Of a stretch of 38,006 nucleotides of DNA, positions 1-7,816 are shown piece by piece. How positions within the stretch are numbered: the first letter of the stretch is position 1; each line of letters begins with the position of its first letter. The position numbers were made by a program, and so were the translations under genes. The stretch spans positions 1-38,006 of the forward strand of contig JAJRTR010000148.1 in NCBI GenBank assembly GCA_024278215.1, given 5' to 3'. The notes under the pieces are model-generated. The model made no database searches. It was not told where the DNA came from and was given only the letters and a program-made list of their open reading frames with translations. This DNA comes from a bacterium. Its GTDB lineage: Bacteria > UBP15 > UBA6099 > JAJRTR01.

Positions 1-1
1 G

Positions 2-427
2 GACCCGCTCACCGGCGAAGGTATTTATCATGCACAACGTACGGGGCACATCGCTTCGAGGGTGCTTCATAAATGCCTGCGCAGTCACACTCTCGACTCG
101 GAATCCCTCGCCGAATACCAACGCAGGTGGCACAGGGCTATCGTTCTTTACGACACATGTTACAATAGGAAATCCGCGAAGTTTCTTTTCGACTGCCCAC
201 ACCAGGACGCGGTCATCGACGCTATTCTTCATGTGTCGGACGGCAACGAAAAAGTACGCGAGGCGATGCTCTGGCTTTTCGCCGGCCTGAGATCGCAGAG
301 AGAAGTGATGTTGTATGCCGCGAGCCCGAGACTGCTGTATAACATTATCCAGAAACTGTCTCTTCAAAAAGTTGCGCCCCTTATACCGCGCTTCCTCAAA
401 ACATACAGCATCTCCGATCTTTTGTAG
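2..427 (+). CDS. Geranylgeranyl reductase-family FAD-dependent oxidoreductase, C-terminal part (5' end outside window)
   Basis: Frame open from position 2 reads DPLTGEGIYHAQRTG..., the DP(L/F)TGEGIxxA motif of GGR-family flavoproteins; continuous with ORF 62..427, stop TAG. Confidence 0.8.
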   Translation, partial: DPLTGEGIYHAQRTGHIASRVLHKCLRSHTLDSESLAEYQRRWHRAIVLYDTCYNRKSAKFLFDCPHQDAVIDAILHVSDGNEKVREAMLWLFAGLRSQREVMLYAASPRLLYNIIQKLSLQKVAPLIPRFLKTYSISDLL

Positions 428-552
428 GCCATTAAGAATGAAATCCGGCGCAAGGTGGTAAAGAAATGCTGAAAAGAGATCGGCAGGACGCAGGAGCTTC
501 CAGTTCCAGGCGTTTACAGGGTAGACCCTGGGAACGATGAAACTCTGTGTGC

Positions 553-581
553 AGTGCTAAAACCGCATTTGTTTGGGCACT
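553..581. promoter_or_regulatory. Imperfect inverted repeat, candidate metal-responsive operator
   Basis: AGTGCTAAAAC-N7-GTTTGGGCACT (GTGCTA-N15-GGGCAC) ~70 bp upstream of a His-rich protein. Confidence 0.3.
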
Positions 582-653
582 AAAATACGACCTGTTTGGT
601 TCCGGCTTTGCCGGGTCAGGATAAATGGGCATGGAAAGAAGGGAATGGAGAAT

Positions 654-944
654 ATGACACACGATCACGATCACAAACACTGCCATGATGAACATCATCA
701 TAACAGCCACGATCACAGCCATGATCACGGCCACGGTGTTGAACTCGACGATACGGAAAAGCTGAAAATAAGGATTCAGCACTGGATCGGGCATAACATG
801 CAACACCGTGATTCACTCGACGAGTGGAGCGACAGGGCCAGAGAATCCGGGTTGGAGAAGGTTGCCGACGCGCTGGACCGTTCATCACAAAAACTGTCCG
901 ATTCCGTCGACGAACTCGAGACCGCGCTGACGCTTTTTGATTAG
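654..944 (+). CDS. Small His-rich putative Ni/Co-binding protein
   Basis: ATG 654 after GGAG; 13 His in first 28 residues, then helical domain with HWxxHNxxH motif. Confidence 0.8.
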   Translation: MTHDHDHKHCHDEHHHNSHDHSHDHGHGVELDDTEKLKIRIQHWIGHNMQHRDSLDEWSDRARESGLEKVADALDRSSQKLSDSVDELETALTLFD

Positions 945-972
945 CAGGCAGACAACTTGTATAATACGAACA

Positions 973-3278
973 ATGACATTTTTATCCGGCATAGCGGCTT
1001 TTTCCGCAATGAACGGCGTAACCGCCGCCGCTGCAATAATCGGTGCGCGACGCATCGCTGGAACAAGAAAAGCTGATTTCGCACTTGCGGCAGGCGTATT
1101 GTTCTTCACACAGGTTGTTGTCACATGCGCTGTCGCCGGATTTACGGGAAATATTAACAGCAGTAGTTTTTATTTTATATGCCTGGCAGCCGCGACGGCG
1201 CTTATTTTGTTCTCAGGTTTTTCCGGTACTGGCGCTTCCGGCGTTCTCAGGATTCCGGCAGTCCCGATGAAACCTTTGCCCGTGGTTTTTTTTTTGCCTT
1301 TACGGCACTCGCTGTCACGTGCGTAATCATCTGGGGCATACTGACCCCGCCGCCGCCGGGCGGCGACCCGTTCATCTACAACCTGACATTTCCCGCAAGC
1401 TGGCTGAGCAGCGGCTCGATACATTATGTGCAGTTGCCTTTCGGCGCGCAGGCTGCTACGTACTATCCACTTAACACCGAGTTGTTTTATCTCTGGATCA
1501 TAAAACCCTGGCATGAGGACTTCCTCGTGAACTGCGGCCAGACGCCATTCTGGATATTGAGCGGGCTGGCAGTAGCGGCGCTGGCGCGCGAGACCGGGGT
1601 GGGCAGGCCGGGCGCGGTAGTCGCGGGAACAGCCGCGATGCTTATTCCCGGAGTGATCCAGCAGGCGACGGTGGCGCGTGTCGATATAGCGATGTCCGCA
1701 TGGCTTCTTATTTCAATATATTTCGCGTTGAGATGGTCAAAAACACGGCAGGCCGGACACCTGCTTTTGTTCGGTTTGTGTGTGGGACTGCTCGTGGGCA
1801 CAAAATCAATCGGGATTCTCTATTCAGTGGTCCCCGGCCTGATCTTTCTAAACGGATTAAGAAAACGAAAACTTCGCGTGTTTTCAGATATTATTATTGT
1901 TGCCGCGCTTGCAGCCGCTACGGGCGGCTTCTGGTACATTCGCAACTGGATGATAACCGGCAATCCCCTGTTTCCACTTAATGTCGAACTCGCGGGCCGA
2001 ACCGTCTTCGCCGGCGCTTACGGAAGCAGCGCGATGCAACTCTTCAGAGCCACGGACAATCTGGAGTTGTCCAGGATATTATCATTCTTTGTAGGGCTGC
2101 CGATGACGTTTCTGCTTACAGTTTCCTCAAGTGTCGCAATAGTGATGGTGCTGCTCAACAGGCGCGAAGGCAGCGGAAAGTTGTACCTGATGGCCGCTCC
2201 CTGGCTGCTCATAGCTCTTTTCTGGTTTATAAATCCTTACAACAATCTGACAAACGGACGTTTTCTTTTCCCCGCGTTTATGTTGTTGTGCTATTCTCTC
2301 GGAGTGATAGTGCATGACGGTAAGGGTGTGTTCACCGTATTCTGGGCTTTTGTCGCGGCGCTGTGCGTTGCGGCATCGAGCGCCATGCCGGGTTGCGACC
2401 ATCTTCCACGTATGCTCTCGAACCTTCTTGGCGGCGCTGCCGCCGCGACCGGTGTCACAATCGGCGCGTTCCCGCTGTGGATAACCATAAGTATTTTCGC
2501 AGTCCTTATTTTAATTGCCGTATGGTTTCGCAACCGGGTTCCATATCTCGCTGCGGCGTCGGCCACGGCACTTGCGATGTTGTGCATCTGGACATTTACA
2601 GGTATCGGCATTACGCCGAACAGCCTGTTAAAACCTGCTCAGTCCGCACTTGTCATGCTCATCGGGGCCGCCGCAGCTTTCCTTGTCGCTTCTGTTGCAC
2701 ATAAGAGAAAACTTATTTCCATCACCGCCGCCACCGTTTCACTTATCCTGCTCGTTGCCGGAATAAACGGAGCTCTGGCATATCACAGAGAGCATAAGTA
2801 CGACTGGTACAGGGCATTTCCGGTGGGCGCGGCATGGGCGCAACTGGATAAAATGACAGAGGGCGACTCCCTTACAATCGCTTCTGTCGGAAACGAACGC
2901 GCGTACGGACTTTTCGGCACGCGGCTGCGCCACAATGTTATTACGGTAAATGTCAGCGGAGGCAATGAACTGGGTTTTCACGACTACTGGCGGAGTGCGC
3001 GGCGCGAGGGGCTTGCGCCTGCGATCACGGACAGGCCGCAATGGCACCGCGAAAATGGAAATGCCGAAACATGGATCGCGAATCTGCGCGAGGCCGGTGT
3101 CGATCTCGTGTTCGCCACAACGCTCGAGCCCATGGCCCGCACCGTCATGGCTTATGATTCCCTGGGTTTCCCCCCGGAAGTGGGTTGGGCCGAATCCAGA
3201 CCGGACATCTTCAGGATAAAATATGCCAACAGTCAGGTACGCATCTTCGCGTTAAAACCCGATGCCGCTGATAGATGA
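973..3278 (+). pseudogene. GT-C fold (ArnT/PMT-like) polytopic membrane glycosyltransferase, frameshifted at a T10 tract (1286-1295)
   Basis: Hydrophobic N-terminal ORF (937..1326) joins ORF 1179..3278 at GTTTTTTTTTTGCC; motifs DPFIYNL..P, YYPLN, GLLVGTK, WYIRNW..TGNPLFP, GRFLFP. Confidence 0.75.
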
Positions 3279-3339
3279 GAATGCTTACTGTTCAAACGAA
3301 TCATTCTGAAATTACAAAAGCCGGAAGACGGGGAAAATT

Positions 3340-3663
3340 ATGATGAAAAAATCTGCTCCTGCATTACTATTGCCCGTTTCCGTGTTATGTATTACAGGTA
3401 TTGCATATATGTCTGCCGCCGATGAGCCGCAAACCGCAGAGAATTTCGAGATGTACATTGACAATGACACCGACCTTCTTCGGTCAAAATTACCACTTTC
3501 GCCGGAAAAGCTCGCAGTGCGCATCAACTGGAGACATTTACCGGACACTGGTTCCCGGTTTCATGCCATTGCCCATGAATCGGAATATCCCGCAGCCCGC
3601 CGCCAGGCAAATAAAGGGCATTATCGGATGTCGAAACATCGAGTAGCCGGTTATGCCGCCTGA
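3340..3663 (+). CDS. Possible 5' fragment of an exported protein
   Basis: GGGG-type RBS, signal-peptide-like MMKKSAPALLLPVSVLCITGIAYMSAA; 3' third overlaps the convergent glycosyltransferase. Confidence 0.3.
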   Translation: MMKKSAPALLLPVSVLCITGIAYMSAADEPQTAENFEMYIDNDTDLLRSKLPLSPEKLAVRINWRHLPDTGSRFHAIAHESEYPAARRQANKGHYRMSKHRVAGYAA

Positions 3664-4894
3664 TAATGCAACAAAATAGAAAACTACCATTAAAACAATA
3701 ATCAACAGTAATTTATTACTCATTGAATACGAACCGTGATTGATAACAGCATAAACACTCAGCAGCATAGGGAGATATAGAAAGATTGTAGTGTAACAAA
3801 GGCTGAAGATTGAGCGTGGACTGCCAAAAAGAGCGGCAATTTTTTTCCTGTCGTTTTTCACCGGACATTATTATCCCCAGAGGGCCGGGCAAATTCGATT
3901 TGCCGCCTGACATCCTGTTGAATTCCGATGTTCCCGGTTCAAGCAGTACAGCGACTATCCCCCTGAGGTACTGCTTCACAAATACCTTCTTGTTTTCCAG
4001 GATTATTTTCTTAGCTTCGCGGTGCATATAAGCATACTTTTTCACAACATCCGGCCCATGCGCCTTAGCTTTATCTGCAAAAATGCGTTGCTGCTTGGCA
4101 AAAGGGATATTGTTTTTTACGGCCATAATGGAAGCAGCCTGGTAATCGTAAAGGTTACTGTCGGAAATCGAACTGAACCCTTTATAGCCTGTCAACTCGA
4201 AGTTCCTGACGTGCCATGGGAATATCAATAGCACGCACAAAAGAAGAAAGTAAAATGAGGTTGCCACCGCAGCTGTAAATGACCTGCGTCGAAAAAGAAA
4301 GTACAAAAAAATGCCGAAGGCCACAAATATCGGAAGGAAATAACTTATCGGTCTCGTATAAATCGACGCAGTGAGCGCAAAGGCCGATAATATCAAATTC
4401 TGGAATTGTCTCCTGTCTAGATATTGTAGAAGGTAGTACAGAAACAACATAATAAAAAAAGCAAAAACTGTCTCGGATAGAAGCAGGCTGGAGTAAATTA
4501 TCGACAGAGGCTCAAGCGAATACAAGCCGGCACCGGCCAATGCCGCGCGCCGGCTGTTAAAGATGATAATCGAACATTTATACACGAGAACTACCGTGAG
4601 GCAGCTGAGAATAATCTGGATGAATATCGTTACGGGTTCGACTTTACCCAAGGCAATACCAGGTATTAGAACGAGCGGATATAGCGGGGTTCTGTGTATT
4701 TCCGGCACGCCATCTATTGCAAAGGAACCAGTATTAAGGATGGCAGTCGCCGGTGCAATGTTGGTTTTGCTGTCAGATCTATAAAAAATAGTAGTGTCGC
4801 CGGAATCGTGATAAGCAATAAATGCAAATGCAATTCTGATGATAAAAGCAAATATAATAATGTGCCGAAGTCTTAAATTTTTCAATTTTAACAA
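3538..4894 (-). pseudogene. ArnT/GT39-like membrane glycosyltransferase, frameshifted at an A7 tract (T7 at 3840-3846)
   Basis: ORF 3716..4894 has RTPLYP, LLSETVF, TRPI, PWHVRNF motifs; membrane C-terminus with GYSMFRHPIMPF lies in ORF 3538..3861; deleting one A gives ...QEKIAALFG... Confidence 0.75.
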
Positions 4895-4905
4895 TATGTC
4901 ATTCT

Positions 4906-4925
4906 ATAGAGCCAATTGGCTCTAT
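4906..4925. repeat. Perfect 20-bp palindrome ATAGAGCCAATTGGCTCTAT, probable collapsed MITE scar
   Basis: Core GAGCCAATTGGCTC (4909-4922) equals both MITE termini fused through their shared CAATTG. Confidence 0.6.
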
Positions 4926-5060
4926 TATATGAACTGCTCGATAAAACAAATCTGAATGGATAGTGATCTATCTTCCGTAACTGTCTACATGTCCCACATT
5001 GGTGAAATATGCGGGACAACAGATATGGAAGCGGATACTACAGACATTCGTTCTATGACG

Positions 5061-5840
5061 CTATTCGCCGCCCTTGTTCATACTCTTCATGAATGTGCTG
5101 AAGAGGTCGATAGGAATGGGGAACAGGGTTGTAGAGTTGTTTTCGGCGGCGACTTCGACAAGTGTCTGGAGAAAACGGAGCTGGATGGTGATGGGCTCCT
5201 CGGCCATGATGGCGGCTGCTTCTGCGAGGCGTTTGGATGCCTGGAATTCACCTTCGGCTGATATGATCTTGGCCCGGCGTTCTCTTTCGGCTTCGGCCTG
5301 TCGTGCCATTGCGCGTTTCATGTCCTGGGGGAGTTCGACGTCTTTAACTTCGACGGTGGAGACTTTGATGCCCCAAGGATCGGTGTGGTCGTCGATGATT
5401 TCCTGGAGTTTACGGTTGATTTTTTCACGTTGTGAGAGTAGTTCGTCGAGTTCGGATTCGCCGAGCACGCTGCGGAGTGTAGTCTGCGCTATCTGTGAAG
5501 TAGCAGCGACAAAGTTTTCAACTTCTATGACTGATTTGTTGGGTTCCATGACGCGGAAGTATATTACGGCGTTGACCTTTACGGGCACGTTGTCGCGAGT
5601 GATGACTTCCTGTTCGGGTACATCCATGGTGATGGTACGCAGGTCAATCTTTATCATCTTATCAACGAACGGGATGATGATGATAAGTCCGGGGCCGCTG
5701 CCTCCGATAAGTGCTTTCGAGACGCGACCGAGTCTGAATATTACGGCGCGTTCATATTCGGACAGCACCTTTACTGCCGAGAAAAGAAACACAATGATGA
5801 GTACAACAATAAATACCAACTGTGAGGGAAGACCTTCCAT
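5061..5840 (-). CDS. Stomatin/slipin SPFH (band 7) protein
   Basis: N-terminal [57 protein letters not shown]. Confidence 0.95.
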   Translation of the reverse strand: MEGLPSQLVFIVVLIIVFLFSAVKVLSEYERAVIFRLGRVSKALIGGSGPGLIIIIPFVDKMIKIDLRTITMDVPEQEVITRDNVPVKVNAVIYFRVMEPNKSVIEVENFVAATSQIAQTTLRSVLGESELDELLSQREKINRKLQEIIDDHTDPWGIKVSTVEVKDVELPQDMKRAMARQAEAERERRAKIISAEGEFQASKRLAEAAAIMAEEPITIQLRFLQTLVEVAAENNSTTLFPIPIDLFSTFMKSMNKGGE

Positions 5841-5889
5841 AATATCACATCTCCTTTTTTAAGGCTGCAAGTAAAACCTTTTTATCACT

Positions 5890-6067
5890 GAGCCGATTGC
5901 AAAATTCTGATTCGGCTGCGGTCGGCTGCTATTGTCCATAGCTGCGTTGTCGGCACAAAATCGTCCTCGACGTACTCTACAAGTACGCCTGCGAGGATTT
6001 TACACCTCTGCCTTGCTCTGAACAATTTCGCTCGACCTCGCTACGAACATAATTTTGCAATTGGCTC
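5890..6067 (-). mobile_element. Palindromic MITE copy 1 (178 bp), RPE1-like
   Basis: TIRs GAGCCGATTGCAAAATT / AATTTTGCAATTGGCTC (16/17), flanked by CACT direct repeat (5886-5889, 6068-6071); aligns end to end with the other copies. Strand given is that of the downstream gene. Confidence 0.85.
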
Positions 6068-6089
6068 CACTGATGTTTTCAGTGCCGGA

Positions 6090-6118
6090 ATTATAACAGA
6101 CAACCGTTGTTATGTCAT
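6090..6118 (-). promoter_or_regulatory. Candidate sigma70 promoter for the stomatin gene
   Basis: Minus strand ATGACA-N17-TATAAT with extended -10 TGn. Confidence 0.5.
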
Positions 6119-7816
6119 CAATCTGACAATAATCTCCATTCCGTCAACTGAAACTATTTCCACCCGCGCGCCTGCTTCGATCGTTTCGCCCGACTGTGAC
6201 ACGGCGTTCCATAACTCGCCGTTTGCGAACACTTTTCCTTCAGGGTCGAGTTTTCTGCGTACTTTGCCCTTTTTACCGACCATTCCCTGTTTGCCCGTGG
6301 TGACCTGTGCTCTGTGCGATTTTATTACCGCCGCAAGCACCACGAGAAATAAGAACATTGTCGAAAATACAACGGTTGCAATAAGCTTCAGGTCTATCTG
6401 CATCGCGGGGTCTGTCGAATCTATAAGCATGAGAGAGCCCAATATCATTAGTGCTATCCCTCCAATCGTCAGCAGTCCATGACTGACTATTTTTATTTCG
6501 AGCATAAACATTACTACCGCACCGACGATCAGCAGTAGTCCGATGGTATTTATCGGAATCACCTGGAACGAGGTGAACGCAAGCACGAGACACACAGCGC
6601 CGATGACGCCCGGAACGACTGTGCCGGGGTGAGTCACTTCGAATATGAGCGCATAGACACCGATCATAAGTAGAATGTACGCTATATTCGGGTGGCCTAT
6701 GATGCTGAAGAATTTCTCGCGTAGCGACATTGCCACATCCTCGACGCGCGCGTCTTTTGTTTCAAACACATAAGTTGTGCCGCCGCTGATTTCTTCGCGG
6801 CCCGTGAGCAACCTCTTCAGTTCGTCGTCTATCTCGTCCACGGAAAGTTCGAGCTGGCCGCCGTAGTAATCTTCGCCCCTGATGCCCCGTTTTTTCAGCA
6901 TCTTCCGCAGTTTGCCGTCAAGGTCTTTGCCGGAGAGTAGCAATTGTGCAGGCTGCTCATTTTTTTCTATGATGCCGCGCTTGACAAGTGCTCCGCGCAG
7001 TTCGTCGTCGATGTCAGACGCCTCGACAACAATTTTGCCCGATGTCTTTTCGTTTTCGTCCGGGAGCAGTCCGCGTTTATCGAGTTCGGCCCTGAGGCTG
7101 TCGCTCATCTCGTCGAGATAGACGACATAGGTTTCCTGCCCGCCCTTGACCACCTCCATGCCGTCGAGTTGCGCGAGCAGGTCGTCGAAGTCGGAAGCGA
7201 TGATTTCGACGACATTTTTCGCCCTGGCTTCCTGCGCGGTGACAGAAATGCTTTTCACAACGGCGTTGCGCCCGATCTCGACGTTCCTGCCCCTGCGGCG
7301 CACGAGTTGTTCCATATATTTGACGGCATAGTTGGTCGTTTTTTCCTTCATTACATCGTCCATCTTCTGCCCGTCGCCCGACACGGGATGCGCCGAACCC
7401 GCGCTGGTATCGGGTGCCATGGCGGCGATGTCCGAGGCCATGAGAATGAAGAAACCAGCGGAAGTGGCCGTGCTGCCGTTGGGAAAAACGTAGACGACGA
7501 CAGGCAGGTGGGCATTGATCATCGCGGTGGCGATGTCTTTCATGGAGTCCATGAGGCCGCCGGGAGTGTCTATTGTAATGATGACGCAGTTAGCATTTAT
7601 TGATTCGGCGTGCCGGATGCCGCGCTCGACATAGTTTTTCGACGCGCCGCCGATGATACCGTCGATATCGAGGCGCACAATCGGCCCGGCGCGTTTCGCC
7701 CGCGCCGCCGACGAAGCCACGCACAGCAGCAGAACCGCGATTATCAACACGCGCACCGTTATGCGCACATTCGCCACCTGCCTATTGTGTCTGAAAATGT
7801 GTTGAAATCTGCTCAT
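6110..7816 (-). CDS. nfeD: NfeD long-form membrane-bound serine protease with an internal repeat insertion
   Basis: Signal peptide, IDTPGG, ATSAG (catalytic Ser), GSAHPV, KTTN (Lys), PNIAYILL TM domain, C-terminal OB fold (PEGKVFANGELWNA); adjacent to stomatin. Confidence 0.92.
   Translation of the reverse strand: MSRFQHIFRHNRQVANVRITVRVLIIAVLLLCVASSAARAKRAGPIVRLDIDGIIGGASKNYVERGIRHAESINANCVIITIDTPGGLMDSMKDIATAMINAHLPVVVYVFPNGSTATSAGFFILMASDIAAMAPDTSAGSAHPVSGDGQKMDDVMKEKTTNYAVKYMEQLVRRRGRNVEIGRNAVVKSISVTAQEARAKNVVEIIASDFDDLLAQLDGMEVVKGGQETYVVYLDEMSDSLRAELDKRGLLPDENEKTSGKIVVEASDIDDELRGALVKRGIIEKNEQPAQLLLSGKDLDGKLRKMLKKRGIRGEDYYGGQLELSVDEIDDELKRLLTGREEISGGTTYVFETKDARVEDVAMSLREKFFSIIGHPNIAYILLMIGVYALIFEVTHPGTVVPGVIGAVCLVLAFTSFQVIPINTIGLLLIVGAVVMFMLEIKIVSHGLLTIGGIALMILGSLMLIDSTDPAMQIDLKLIATVVFSTMFLFLVVLAAVIKSHRAQVTTGKQGMVGKKGKVRRKLDPEGKVFANGELWNAVSQSGETIEAGARVEIVSVDGMEIIVRLMT

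Noticed and set aside
428-650. Cobalamin or NiCo riboswitch, or CIRCE, upstream of the His-rich gene
   Set aside because: Riboswitch core motifs not found; the dyad has CIRCE-like arms but in reversed order and with the wrong spacing
657-737. Short CACGAT/CATGAT tandem repeats
   Set aside because: Explained by His-Asp codons
5074-5862. Long antisense ORFs (also 23204..24172, 22162..22935, 25783..26640, 8077..8796)
   Set aside because: Shadows of well-supported genes, with no motifs or RBS
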